From Pseudomonadota bacterium (GTDB taxonomy: Bacteria > Desulfobacterota > Desulfobacteria > Desulfobacterales > RPRI01), in assembly GCA_043825875.1 (NCBI GenBank), contig JBDRRF010000031.1, forward strand, positions 1 through 64,000: 64,000 nucleotides of DNA. Direction: 5' to 3'. This document shows, one piece after another, positions 18,434-28,531 of the stretch (the first letter of the stretch is position 1; each line of letters starts with the position of its first letter). The notes beneath the pieces are model-generated. The model was not told the DNA's origin and ran no database searches. It saw only the letters and a program-made list of their open reading frames with translations. Position numbers and translations under genes: made by a program.

Positions 18434-19420
18434 CTATATTTTGAGCAGGCTTTTAACTTCTTCCATTGTATTAACCGCAACTTTTCTTGCCTTTAAGGTG
18501 CCTTCTGCAAGTATATCATCAACCAGTTTAGGATTTGCTTCATAATATTTTCTCTTTTCCCTTATAGGTTCAAGAGCTTTAGCAAGATTTTGCGCCATTA
18601 TCTTTTTACATTCAACACATCCGATTTCAGCACTACGGCATTTTGTATTTATATCTTTAACAGTACTGCCGTCAGTATATATTTTATGAAATTCATAAAC
18701 ATTGCATACTTCAGGATCTCCCGGATCTTTTTTTCTTGCTCTTTGCGGGTCCGTTATCATTGTTGATACTTTTGATGATATAACTTCAGGTGCGTCTGAA
18801 AGAAAAATTGCGTTGTTGTAGCTTTTGCTCATTTTCCGCCGGTCAGAACCTAAGATCTTGGGGGTTTTAGTCAGTATTGCTTCCGGTTCCGGAAATACTT
18901 CTCCATAAAGATAATTAAATCTTCTTGCTATTTCTCTTGTGATTTCCACATGCGGAACCTGATCAATGCCTACAGGAACTCCGAATGGTTTATACATTAT
19001 AATATCTGCCGCCTGAAGCACCGGATAGCCCAGAAATCCGAAAGTGGAAAGGTCTTTATTGCTAAGCTGTACTATCTGGTCTTTGTAAGTCGGATTTCTT
19101 TCAAGCCATGGTACGGGTGTTATCATTGAAAGAAGAAGAAAAAGCTCGGCATGCTCTTTTATGTGAGACTGAACAAACAATGTGCTTTTCTCCGGAGACA
19201 AACCCACACTTAGCCAGTCTATCATCATTTCTTTGATATATTCAGATATCATGGTTGTATTTTCATAATCACTTGTCAATGCATGCCAGTCTGCAATAAA
19301 ATAAAAGCACTCATATTCTTCCTGCATTTCTATCCAGTTCAAAAGCGCTCCGTGCAAATTTCCAAGGTGAAGCGGGCCGGTTGGTCGCATTCCGCTTAAT
19401 ATTCTTTTTTTCCCGGTCAT
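18434..19420 (-). CDS. trpS: Tryptophan--tRNA ligase
   Basis: SGMRPTGPLHLGN (HIGH), YPVLQAADI, VPVGIDQ, KMSKS. Confidence 0.97.
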   Translation of the reverse strand: MTGKKRILSGMRPTGPLHLGNLHGALLNWIEMQEEYECFYFIADWHALTSDYENTTMISEYIKEMMIDWLSVGLSPEKSTLFVQSHIKEHAELFLLLSMITPVPWLERNPTYKDQIVQLSNKDLSTFGFLGYPVLQAADIIMYKPFGVPVGIDQVPHVEITREIARRFNYLYGEVFPEPEAILTKTPKILGSDRRKMSKSYNNAIFLSDAPEVISSKVSTMITDPQRARKKDPGDPEVCNVYEFHKIYTDGSTVKDINTKCRSAEIGCVECKKIMAQNLAKALEPIREKRKYYEANPKLVDDILAEGTLKARKVAVNTMEEVKSLLKI

Positions 19421-19453
19421 TTAATCTCCTTAATCACAACGTATTATCAAAAC

Positions 19454-19522
19454 GTAGAGACGCAAAATGTTGCGTCTCTACCATACCATGTCATTTCGTT
19501 TGTATGTTGGTTCGAAATGACA
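19454..19522. repeat. Two adjacent REP-like palindromes
   Basis: GTAGAGACGCAA-AATG-TTGCGTCTCTAC (19454-19481) and TGTCATTTCG..CGAAATGACA (19489-19522). Confidence 0.7.
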
Positions 19523-19579
19523 GGTAAGAAATTTTTTATAATATATAATCCAATATATTTCCCCATTTCAGGGCATAAC

Positions 19580-20242
19580 CTATTGTCTTAACAAAAAGCC
19601 GATGATAGGCATTGCAACATACTCCAGGATTTTATCAAATATGCCTGTAAAAAGGAAAAATATTAATATCATCATTCCAAAACGCTCAATTCTCGCAAAT
19701 TGCATTCTCATATGATGGGGCAAAAGTACGGCAAGAATCCTGCTGCCATCAAGAGGCGGAATAGGCATAAGATTAAAAACTGCAAGAATAGGATTGATAA
19801 AAACACTATAAAAAAGCATAGAAACAATAGCCTTGAGAACAGGCGCATTATTCAGATCATAAAAATTGCCGTCATAGCTCAGTATAATATGAAATAATAT
19901 AGCTGAGATAACTGCCAAGGCAATATTAGCTAATGCTCCTGCCGAAGCAACAACTATCACATCTTTTTTTTGATCTTTCAAATTGGCAAAATTTACAGGA
20001 ACCGGTTTTGCGTAACCGAAAATTACAGGTGAACCCATAAGCCTAAGCATAACCGGAAGTAAAAATGAACCGACAAAATCAAGGTGTTTTATCGGATTTA
20101 AAGTTAATCTGCCGGCAAGCTTTGCAGTATTATCTCCCAATCTGTAAGCGGCATACCCATGAGCAACTTCATGTACCGTTACGGAAAAAATAAGAGGAAT
20201 CAGCATTAAAACTGTTTTGTATATATCAAAGTCATGAAACAT
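19580..20242 (-). CDS. Site-2 protease family (M50) membrane metalloprotease
   Basis: HEVAH, FNLMPIPPLDGS. Confidence 0.92.
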   Translation of the reverse strand: MFHDFDIYKTVLMLIPLIFSVTVHEVAHGYAAYRLGDNTAKLAGRLTLNPIKHLDFVGSFLLPVMLRLMGSPVIFGYAKPVPVNFANLKDQKKDVIVVASAGALANIALAVISAILFHIILSYDGNFYDLNNAPVLKAIVSMLFYSVFINPILAVFNLMPIPPLDGSRILAVLLPHHMRMQFARIERFGMMILIFFLFTGIFDKILEYVAMPIIGFLLRQ

Positions 20243-22901
20243 AATTTTTTATAAATTCCAGTTCATCATTTTTTGTTTTAAGCGCACCGTTTAATCTGGC
20301 GCAAAGGGCTGCCTCTAATATTTCCTTATAAAGCGGCCCTGGTTCAATCCCCAGCTTTTTCAAATCCTTTCCGGATACTGATAATTTTTTCTTTCTAAGT
20401 TTTGTAATAAATAACGATATAGCCTTTTTTACTTTTTCTTTTTTTGTGATCGCCATCATATATAGTATAATTTCTATTTTAAATCCTATAAGCAAATTAT
20501 AAAGCCCATCATTTTTTATATTAAGGTTACCCTCAAGTTTGTAAAGACAACGCTCCGCATTAAGACGATCTTCGCAGAAAATATTTCTTTGTTTAGGAGC
20601 AATTTCAAAACGGACGCATACATTTTCTGTTATTTCCATTTTGCAATTCTTAAAAAGCGCCAGAAAATAAACGGCCCACTTCATATATGATTCTTCGAGA
20701 AAAAGCAAATTGTACCACGAGATAACCTGTTTTACGGAATTAAGATATGAAATTGCCTCATTGTTTAATACTATTGATGGATCAATTACTTTTAGAAGGC
20801 CATAATCGTTTAATCTTATTATAGGTGATATGGGGTTTTCCTCTTCAAGGATCAGTCGAAATTCGGAAAAAACTCTTCTGCCACTTAAGCGCTTGGAAAA
20901 ATCCATTTTAACGGCATTTTCTATCAAACTTGATGTAAGCTTTCCTATCGTAAAACCGAATCTTTGTTCAAATCTTATGGCCCGAAATATTCGGGTGGGA
21001 TCTTCTACAAAACTTAAATTCTGCAAAACCTTAATGGTTTTTTCCTTAATATCTTTTTGTGCTGCAAAAAAGTCTATCAGTGTTCCGAATTTATCAGGAT
21101 TTAACTGGATTGCCATAGTATTTATTGTAAAATCTCTTCTGGCAAGATCTAACTTTATCGAACTCATCTCAACGCTTGGAAGTGCAGCCGGAAACTTATA
21201 ATATTCCATTCTGGCTGATGCGATATCTATCTTAAAACCATCCGGGAAAATAACTACAGCAGTTCCGAATTTTGCGTATAAATGTGTTCGGGCACCAACT
21301 ATGGCGGCATATTTTTTCGCAAAAGCAATTCCGTCTCCTTCTACTACAATGTCAATATCTTCGTTTTTTCTGTAAAGCAAAAGATCACGGACAAACCCGC
21401 CGATCACATAAGCTCTTAATTCTATGTCAGCAGCAACTTTTCCTATGGTTTTCAATAATTCTATATGGTGTTTTGAAAGGCGCTCTTCAAGAAATTTTAC
21501 TATATTTCTTGTACGTGCATGAGCATATTCACTCGGCTGATCCGAAAATTCGGAATTTTTGTGCTGAGACTGTCTTGCAAGTATGTTAAATAAATCTGTT
21601 CTTGTTACAACTCCGGTTAATAAACCTTTATCTATAACGGGAAGAATACGCTGTTTGTTTTCAATTATTTTATTCTGTATTTCTATAAGCTCAGCCTCCG
21701 GCCCTACAGTAGCCAACTCAGTTGTCATATATTCCTTGAGCAATACATGATCGAGTTTATGATAAAGCGCTTTTTCTATAACCTGCCGGGTAATGTAGCC
21801 AAGTAGTTCTTCTTTTCCGTTATTTTTTTCTGTTACAAGAAGAGCATTGATATTATACCGTGTGAGAATACTGCTTGCATCCTTGCATGATACATCGCCA
21901 CTTACGGAAATAGCAGGGGAAGACATAAGCCGTTTTGCAGTTCTTCTTGTTCTTATATTTTCATCAAGTACTTTAAAAAGTTTTTGTTCTACCTGTGTTA
22001 AGGTTTCTCCTTTTATAGTCGCGGATGCAGCATATGTATGGCCTCCCCCACCCATGTTAGACATAATAAGGCCAACATCAACTTCAGGGATTCTGCTTCT
22101 TGCAACAAGATATACTTTATTATCCATAAGTGCTATTGCAAATATGGCATCTATTTCTTCCGCTCTGGCCATTTTATGAACAAGAAACGAAAAATCATTA
22201 ATATAGGTATCTGACGATATTGTAGTAACAACAACTTCCACACCATTAATGTTATGCCTTGTTGAGGCCTGTATCATATCATTTAAAAGCGAAATTTGCT
22301 TAGGGCTTATTTCGCGGGAGATAAGGTTTGAAATAATATTTAAGTTGGCTCCCTTGGAAAGCAGAAAAGCTGCGGCTTTAAAATCATCTTCTGTTGTTGA
22401 TGGAAATATAAAAGAACCGGTATCTTCATATATACCAAGACACATCATAGTGGCTTCTTCAGCAGAAATAGAAATGTTTTTTTCCTCTAGGATTTGAGCA
22501 AGAATTGTAACTGTTGCTCCTGTTTGTCTGTAAATTTCAAAGCTGCCTTTTATATCATTTGCTGTAGGCGGATGGTGATCATATATATGGATATCTAAAT
22601 CATCACGCTCAAGCAAAGATGACAGCTTTCCGATTCTGGCAGGTTGTCTGGTATCTACCAATACTAGTCTATTAACATTTGTAAAATCTATCTTTTTAAT
22701 ATCCGCCATATTAAAAAGATAGACCATTGATTCAACAAAAAAATTTCTTAAGTTCTTTTCCTGCAAACCCGGAAAAACTACAAGCGAGCCCGGATAAAGC
22801 TTTTGTGCCGCAAGCATGGAAGCAATAGCATCAAAGTCAGCGCTAACATGTGTGGTTATAACCGTAAATTTTTCATCAGCCGGTTTTTCACCTGCTTGCA
22901 T
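20232..22901 (-). CDS. DHH-DHHA1-CBS-nucleotidyltransferase (A-adding/CCA-type tRNA nucleotidyltransferase)
   Basis: ADFDA, YDHH, GGGH, CBS pair, GGFVRD..DIDIVVEG, DLARRDFTIN, EDPTRIFRAIRF. Confidence 0.9.
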   Translation of the reverse strand: MQAGEKPADEKFTVITTHVSADFDAIASMLAAQKLYPGSLVVFPGLQEKNLRNFFVESMVYLFNMADIKKIDFTNVNRLVLVDTRQPARIGKLSSLLERDDLDIHIYDHHPPTANDIKGSFEIYRQTGATVTILAQILEEKNISISAEEATMMCLGIYEDTGSFIFPSTTEDDFKAAAFLLSKGANLNIISNLISREISPKQISLLNDMIQASTRHNINGVEVVVTTISSDTYINDFSFLVHKMARAEEIDAIFAIALMDNKVYLVARSRIPEVDVGLIMSNMGGGGHTYAASATIKGETLTQVEQKLFKVLDENIRTRRTAKRLMSSPAISVSGDVSCKDASSILTRYNINALLVTEKNNGKEELLGYITRQVIEKALYHKLDHVLLKEYMTTELATVGPEAELIEIQNKIIENKQRILPVIDKGLLTGVVTRTDLFNILARQSQHKNSEFSDQPSEYAHARTRNIVKFLEERLSKHHIELLKTIGKVAADIELRAYVIGGFVRDLLLYRKNEDIDIVVEGDGIAFAKKYAAIVGARTHLYAKFGTAVVIFPDGFKIDIASARMEYYKFPAALPSVEMSSIKLDLARRDFTINTMAIQLNPDKFGTLIDFFAAQKDIKEKTIKVLQNLSFVEDPTRIFRAIRFEQRFGFTIGKLTSSLIENAVKMDFSKRLSGRRVFSEFRLILEEENPISPIIRLNDYGLLKVIDPSIVLNNEAISYLNSVKQVISWYNLLFLEESYMKWAVYFLALFKNCKMEITENVCVRFEIAPKQRNIFCEDRLNAERCLYKLEGNLNIKNDGLYNLLIGFKIEIILYMMAITKKEKVKKAISLFITKLRKKKLSVSGKDLKKLGIEPGPLYKEILEAALCARLNGALKTKNDELEFIKNYVS

Positions 22902-22913
22902 AATGTTCTTCCT

Positions 22914-23357
22914 TTAAGGGACCAGCAATTTAAACCCAAGATCAGGATCAAAAATCCGTGATCCTTTAGCATCGATAAGTTCAAATATAATAACTTCCAT
23001 AATCTGCCATACTTTTACTCCTCTGCGAATACAGCCAGTTACGGTATCGGCATTTCTTCCGCAGGCCATATGCATATGTATCATTGGTTTTCCGTCTTCA
23101 TCCGGAAACAGGGTTCCTGTGCCAGAGACTTCATGGACATTATCAAGAATATGCTCCATGGGATTTACCGGCTTTGTCCTGCCCTTTTCAGGCCCTACAA
23201 CAAGTTTACTGCCTTCATCCGCACCACCTATAATGATCATTGCAGCAGCTTTTATGGATTTTTCTACAGCAAATTTTTCAATTTCTTCGTGTACTATATC
23301 TCCGTCTTCTAAGCGCATTACAAAAACCCGGCCTTGCCTTGCTTCCGAATATTTCAT
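22914..23357 (-). CDS. PPC/DUF296 domain protein
   Basis: RLEDG, HMHMACGR, GC. Confidence 0.85.
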   Translation of the reverse strand: MKYSEARQGRVFVMRLEDGDIVHEEIEKFAVEKSIKAAAMIIIGGADEGSKLVVGPEKGRTKPVNPMEHILDNVHEVSGTGTLFPDEDGKPMIHMHMACGRNADTVTGCIRRGVKVWQIMEVIIFELIDAKGSRIFDPDLGFKLLVP

Positions 23358-23359
23358 AT

Positions 23360-24544
23360 TTAACTCCTGAATTTATCCATTACCTTTTTAAAGCCCGGCA
23401 ATGAATTTATAATCGTATCATCTGAAACACAAAACGCGATCCTGAAATATCCCGGTCCCGAAAACCCGCTGCCCGGCACGGCCAGAATCAGCTCTTCCTG
23501 AAGCGCTCTGATGAATTTTACATCATCTTCTATAGGGCTTTTTGGAAAAAGATAGAATGCGCCCGATGGTTTTATAAATTCATACCCACACTCAGACAAG
23601 CCATTACATAAAAGCTCTCTTTTTTTGGCGTAAATTGAGACATCAACGCTTTTTCCCTGCATTAAAGCCACAACGCGCTGCATAAGAGCAGGGGCATTAA
23701 CAAAACCAAGAATTCTGATTGCAAGCGCCATTCCGCCATAAAGCTCATTCTTACATGTAGCAGCAGGATTTATTGCCGCAAAGCCTATACGCTCACCTGG
23801 TATTGAAAAATCCTTTGAATACGAAGTTGCAATTATGCTTTCATTATAACATTTAAAAATACTGGGTATTTTAATTCCATCATAACTGATTTTCCGATAA
23901 GGCTCATCAGATAAAAGATAAATAGTTCTGCCAAATTTCTTGCTTTTTTCTGTTAACAGTTTACCAAGCTCGATCAGACTTTTTTCGGAATACACCTGTC
24001 CTGTGGGATTATTCGGAGAATTTATCAAAACAGCTTTTGTTTTATAGTTAATAGCTGATGAAATTGCATTGATATCTATGGTAAAATCTTTTTTCGTAGG
24101 AACCGTTGTTAAAGCTCCACCATGGTTTGCAGCATAAAATCCATATTCCACAAAATAAGGAGCTGGAGTAATAACTTCATCTCCCGGATCAAGGATGGTT
24201 CTTAATATTACATTTAATGCACCGGCAGCGCCGCAAGTCATGACAATGTTGTTGGCTTCTATCAAAATACCCTGTTCTTCAGAAAGATAATCGGCCACAG
24301 CTTTGCAAACATACGGGTAACCTGTATTAGGCATATATCCATGATCCCCATGGCCTAAAGAATTAACCGTATCTACAAGTATTTTTCTGAAATCTGAAGG
24401 AGGCTCAACATTAGGATTACCAAGGCTGAAATCAAAAATATTTTCTTCTCCATGTTCTGCCTTAAGGCGGGTTCCTTCTTCAAACATCTTTCTGATCCAG
24501 GATGATTTTGCAATTATATTTTCAATAATTTTTGCTATAGACAT
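23360..24544 (-). CDS. PLP-dependent aminotransferase class I/II (aspartate aminotransferase-like)
   Basis: NSPNNPTG, SDEPY, SYSKDFSIPGERIG. Confidence 0.93.
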   Translation of the reverse strand: MSIAKIIENIIAKSSWIRKMFEEGTRLKAEHGEENIFDFSLGNPNVEPPSDFRKILVDTVNSLGHGDHGYMPNTGYPYVCKAVADYLSEEQGILIEANNIVMTCGAAGALNVILRTILDPGDEVITPAPYFVEYGFYAANHGGALTTVPTKKDFTIDINAISSAINYKTKAVLINSPNNPTGQVYSEKSLIELGKLLTEKSKKFGRTIYLLSDEPYRKISYDGIKIPSIFKCYNESIIATSYSKDFSIPGERIGFAAINPAATCKNELYGGMALAIRILGFVNAPALMQRVVALMQGKSVDVSIYAKKRELLCNGLSECGYEFIKPSGAFYLFPKSPIEDDVKFIRALQEELILAVPGSGFSGPGYFRIAFCVSDDTIINSLPGFKKVMDKFRS

Positions 24545-24839
24545 GATAAAAAATTCCTTAAAAGATATACAATCCCGATTATTTTCAACACAACAAATTT
24601 GACGGTTTAATACACTATTATAAACATTTATTCATACAATATAACTGTTTATTTTTGCAATAACTAAACATAAACCTTTTTAGAATATTAAATTGATTTC
24701 TTTATAAAAACAAATAAATACCCAATTACTTAACTTGATAATTCCTTTAGGCTTTTGTTTTTATTATTTTATAATCCCCTCATATTAGTATATAAACAGC
24801 ATAATATTTTATTTTATAGCTTAAATCTATTTTCTTCAT

Positions 24840-24900
24840 GAGCCACTTTCAAAACGTTTCAGTTTGTTCAAGCTCAAGGCGGGAGAAAATTTCAACCACA
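24840..24900 (+). mobile_element. MITE-A partial copy (left 61 bp only)
   Basis: Left TIR present; similarity stops at ...TTTCAACCACA; no right TIR or target duplication. Confidence 0.8.
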
Positions 24901-25181
24901 TTATGGTATTCAATGAAGGAACTGAATTAAAACCAATTGAACGATATGAGCTTTCAAACCAAAAAGAGAAGTCCATTCAAGTTTTTCATACTTTTGATGA
25001 GCTAAATGCCGCTTTATTAAAATTGCCAAAAGACTCAAATATAGATTTGTACGATAAATGTTCAGTTCCAACTTTTTATGGTTTGAATAATTTTCAGGAA
25101 GATGAACTGATAAAATATTGTAAGGATTTAGGTTTAAATATTTGTTGGCAAAGATTAATCACTTGTTCCTGCACAGAATAA
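24901..25181 (+). pseudogene. 5'-truncated cassette ORF fused to the MITE fragment
   Basis: First 12 codons of the tracked ORF are MITE sequence; the rest ends just before an attC. Confidence 0.5.
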
Positions 25182-25197
25182 AACAATTTGAATATGC

Positions 25198-25324
25198 ACA
25201 GAACCCATCAGTTCAGGTAACAGCCAGGGCCAGGCCGCTTTGGTAAAGTCTACTTAAACTAAAAAATTATTACTTTTATTAAAGTCAGTGGAAGCCCCAG
25301 CTGTTCCTGACTGAATCGTTCTAC
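25198..25324 (+). other. attC site
   Basis: R'' ACAGAAC, stem TCAGTTCAGG..ACAGC / GCTGT.CCTGACTGA, R' GTTCTAC. Confidence 0.8.
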
Positions 25325-25347
25325 CTCTTGGCTTTTCAACTTTTGCC

Positions 25348-25380
25348 TTGACAATACATACTGCTATTGTACAATTGTCA
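25348..25380 (+). promoter_or_regulatory. TA promoter with palindromic operator
   Basis: TTGACA-N16-TACAAT overlapped by IR TGACAAT/ATTGTCA and palindrome ATTGTACAAT. Confidence 0.65.
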
Positions 25381-25405
25381 CAAATAGAAACTCGGGGGGG
25401 TAAGT

Positions 25406-25798
25406 ATGGATATTGTAATTGACACTTCTGCGTTGGTTTCAGTGATCGCTGGTGAACCTGAGCGCCATAAAGTTATTGAATTAACAACTGGAAACACACT
25501 TATTGGGCCAGGCTCCATTCCTTGGGAAATTGGTAACGCTTTTTCGGCGATGTTTAAACAAAAGAGACTGTCGCTTGAGGAGGCTCAAAAGGGAATTTCA
25601 ATTTTTAATAGCATCCCTATTCGGTATATTGAAACAGATTTTTATGCGATATTAAAGATTTCCAAACAAGCCGGTATTTATGCATACGGTGCCTATTTTC
25701 TGGATTGTGCCATAAGGCAAAAAGCACCATTATTAACGTTGGATCAAAGGTTAAATGCTTTCGCTCAGGGTCTCAACATTAAAATCATGGAGGTTTGA
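25406..25798 (+). CDS. VapC-like PIN-domain toxin (cassette gene)
   Basis: IVIDTSAL, WEIGNA, LLTLD. Confidence 0.88.
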   Translation: MDIVIDTSALVSVIAGEPERHKVIELTTGNTLIGPGSIPWEIGNAFSAMFKQKRLSLEEAQKGISIFNSIPIRYIETDFYAILKISKQAGIYAYGAYFLDCAIRQKAPLLTLDQRLNAFAQGLNIKIMEV

Positions 25799-25799
25799 A

Positions 25800-26018
25800 A
25801 TGCAAGTCTATTCATACTCAGAAGCCCGGCAAAAACTTGCTATGGTTCTTGAACAGGCAGAAAATACCGGAAAAGTAATAATACGAAGGAAAGACGGAAG
25901 AACTTTCTCCTTGGTTCCTGAAAAAACTGTTCTTTCTCCTTTAGATGTTCCAACTATTAAAGCGAATATCACAACACAAGAGATAGTCGACATTATTCGG
26001 GAAGGAAGAGAACGGTAG
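25800..26018 (+). CDS. Phd/YefM-family antitoxin
   Basis: MQVYSYSEARQKLAMVLEQA..VIIRRKDG; ATG 25800 with RBS GGAGG. Confidence 0.85.
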   Translation: MQVYSYSEARQKLAMVLEQAENTGKVIIRRKDGRTFSLVPEKTVLSPLDVPTIKANITTQEIVDIIREGRER

Positions 26019-26138
26019 AACCTGTCGTTTCACACTCAGCCGGGCACCCGTGCCTTTTTCCAAAATAGCCTTGCTTGAGTTAAACATGCTTATAACACTT
26101 CCAGTTTGGGCTCCCGGCCGGTGAACTTTTAGTTCCAC
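26015..26138 (+). other. attC site of the TA cassette
   Basis: R'' GTAGAAC (complement of GTTCTAC opening the cassette), stem TTCAC..GCCGGG / CCCGGC..GTGAA, R' GTTCCAC. Confidence 0.85.
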
Positions 26139-26171
26139 TCTGTCCGTTTTAAGCGGAGAAGATAAATTCCA

Positions 26172-26618
26172 ATGGATCAATGCCCAAAATGTTCTCTTAA
26201 TATACGTGAAGGTGATATCGAGTGCCCGAAATGCGGATTAATTTATAGTAAGTATAAAATCACTACCGCAATGAAAGAAGTGAATAAAAAAGGAAATAGA
26301 AACTTTGCTTTATTTATTTCTTTCGTAATATTATTTCTCGGCGCTCTTTTATATAATTTTACGTCGTCATTAACTTTGAAGGAGTTTGTAGCATTTGGCC
26401 TTGTATCTATCGTGGTCAGTCTAATTTATCATATTTGTTTCACATTATTTCTTATGATTAAATATAAACCTGAAGTAAAGAAATCGAAGATTTCTGAAAT
26501 ATTTATGGCTTCAGTATATTTCCTTTTTTCTTTACTTCAATTAATGATTTCATTCTCAATTGTTTTTTTTATGTTTGCGTTCTTTTTTGCAGGTTTTCAA
26601 ATGCCATATATAAGATAA
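26172..26618 (+). CDS. Zinc-ribbon membrane protein (cassette gene)
   Basis: CPKC..ECPKCG plus transmembrane helices. Confidence 0.7.
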   Translation: MDQCPKCSLNIREGDIECPKCGLIYSKYKITTAMKEVNKKGNRNFALFISFVILFLGALLYNFTSSLTLKEFVAFGLVSIVVSLIYHICFTLFLMIKYKPEVKKSKISEIFMASVYFLFSLLQLMISFSIVFFMFAFFFAGFQMPYIR

Positions 26619-26637
26619 TTACAATTTTAACAATAAA

Positions 26638-26674
26638 GTGGAAGCCATTGCTGCCCAAGATAGCAGCGTTATGT
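26638..26674 (+). other. Internally deleted attC (37 bp)
   Basis: GTGGAAG (one mismatch to expected GTGGAAC), GCTGC/GCAGC, GTTATGT. Confidence 0.6.
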
Positions 26675-26688
26675 TTAAGGAGGTGACA

Positions 26689-27012
26689 ATGCGATTACTG
26701 ATAACTGTAATAATGTCAGCATTCCTTTTAGTTGGCTGTAATGCTGTGAGTGATATGAAGGGAATGTTTGAGAAACAGGGATTAGTCCAGGAGGCTATCA
26801 AGGCAAAATACGGCCTTCAATCCCAAGTAGGCTGGAATATCCATAACGGAGTATTAACACAGGTTACTGTAATTTTTGATGCCGAACAAGTCCGGGACAA
26901 GAAGGTGTCCGAACTGGAAATTGCCGCAAGAGAAGCTGTAGAATCATCATTTAAGAGCAAGCCTCAAGTGTTAAATGTTCAAATAGCCTGCAAAACTAAA
27001 GAAGCAACATAA
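26689..27012 (+). CDS. Putative lipoprotein (cassette gene)
   Basis: Start ATG 26689 with RBS AGGAGG; lipobox LVGC; ends in ACATAAC, complement of GTTATGT. Confidence 0.75.
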   Translation: MRLLITVIMSAFLLVGCNAVSDMKGMFEKQGLVQEAIKAKYGLQSQVGWNIHNGVLTQVTVIFDAEQVRDKKVSELEIAAREAVESSFKSKPQVLNVQIACKTKEAT

Positions 27013-27139
27013 CAAGCAATGTTGGCACTTTTTAATTTTTTGATGTTTAATAGAGTTTATTAAGTTATCATATGAAACGAGACTGGTTAAGTAAGTTGAC
27101 AGTTCCAATATTCAGACAACTGGGGTAAAGGAGCCTATT

Positions 27140-28531
27140 ATGAAGGATGTCTTAGAAAAAATTCAGGAAATAATTAACAATGTCGCCAAAGAAGCTTATC
27201 AGGACACAAAGGAAGAACCTCCACCGCAGTTTGGCGGTAAGCCCAAATGGCCAATTAAATGTACCGTCGGGCCCGGGCTGGAAGGGGCGATCGCCTGTGA
27301 AAGCAAAATCGGTTATGTAAACGGCGCCAAGGGCTGGCTCGTATACAGAGGATATAATATTTTCGATCTGTGCGCCAATTCTACGTTTGAAGAAGTCTCC
27401 TATCTGCTGCTGCACGGGGATTTGCCTAAACAAAAAGAACTGGACCAATACAAGAAAAAGCTGTTTGAATATTCCCACCTGAACAAAACCTTAAGGCAAC
27501 TAATGGGATTCCCGGTGGAAGAAATGAGTGCCATGGGGGCATTGCGGCTTGGAGCTAATCTGATGCGACAGGAGCTTACCAACTATGACCGGGTTGATGA
27601 CCTTCCAAAAACAATGGATGCCATTAGCTCAGATGAAGACTCTTTTGCCATGGAAACTCCGCCTAAAGGAGCCAAACATGCAACCTTTGAGTTTAAAATT
27701 CATAAATCAAAACAGCGGCGCAAAAGGGTCTTTGCTCGTGAAACAGCCCTGGAGTCCTGTTACCATCTCATTGCCGGCGTCTCAACGATTATAGGAGCTG
27801 TTTCCAGGATTCATCACAGTAGTATGCCATTGGAACCCAGATCGGACTTAAGCTTTGCAGGTAACCTGCTCTATATGATCACCGGAAAAGATCCCTCTCC
27901 TGTTGAAGAAAAAATCATGGATATTTCACTGATCCTGCATGCTGATCATGGTATGAACGCAAGTACATTTTCTACAATGGTGGTTGCTTCAACACTGGCG
28001 GATATCTATTTTGCAGTTGGATCCGGCATAGCTGCATTGAGTGGCGCTTTACACGGGGGTGCAAACGAAGCGGTTATCAATAGCTTAAAAGAGATAGGTT
28101 CCGTTGAAAACGTCAAACCATGGGTTGAAAAAAGACTCTCCAAAAAAAAGAAAATCAGCGGCTTTGGGCACCGGGTGTATAAAGCTTACGACCCGAGAGC
28201 CAGAGTATTAGGCCCGTTGGCAGATCTGCTGGTTAAGGAAAAACCGGAATTTACCCACCTATATCAAGTTGCTCAAGAACTCGAAAAAACAGCGATGGCG
28301 GCCATGGGAAAAGAAAAGAAGATTTTCCCTAATGTCGACTTTTATTCAGGAATTATTTACACCTTCCTGGGTATCGATGACGAGCTCTTCACCCCGCTCT
28401 TTGCAGCCAGCCGCGTAGCCGGATGGACATCGCGAGTGTTTGAATATGTTGAGAACAATAGAATTTTTAGACCGCGAGCTGTTTATGTAGGCGACTTTGA
28501 TCAGAAGTATAAACCGATTGAAAAACGATAA
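27140..28531 (+). CDS. Citrate synthase / 2-methylcitrate synthase family
   Basis: GLEG, LVYRGY, HADHGMNAST, LHGGANE, GFGHRVYK..DPR, PNVDFYSG. Confidence 0.93.
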   Translation: MKDVLEKIQEIINNVAKEAYQDTKEEPPPQFGGKPKWPIKCTVGPGLEGAIACESKIGYVNGAKGWLVYRGYNIFDLCANSTFEEVSYLLLHGDLPKQKELDQYKKKLFEYSHLNKTLRQLMGFPVEEMSAMGALRLGANLMRQELTNYDRVDDLPKTMDAISSDEDSFAMETPPKGAKHATFEFKIHKSKQRRKRVFARETALESCYHLIAGVSTIIGAVSRIHHSSMPLEPRSDLSFAGNLLYMITGKDPSPVEEKIMDISLILHADHGMNASTFSTMVVASTLADIYFAVGSGIAALSGALHGGANEAVINSLKEIGSVENVKPWVEKRLSKKKKISGFGHRVYKAYDPRARVLGPLADLLVKEKPEFTHLYQVAQELEKTAMAAMGKEKKIFPNVDFYSGIIYTFLGIDDELFTPLFAASRVAGWTSRVFEYVENNRIFRPRAVYVGDFDQKYKPIEKR

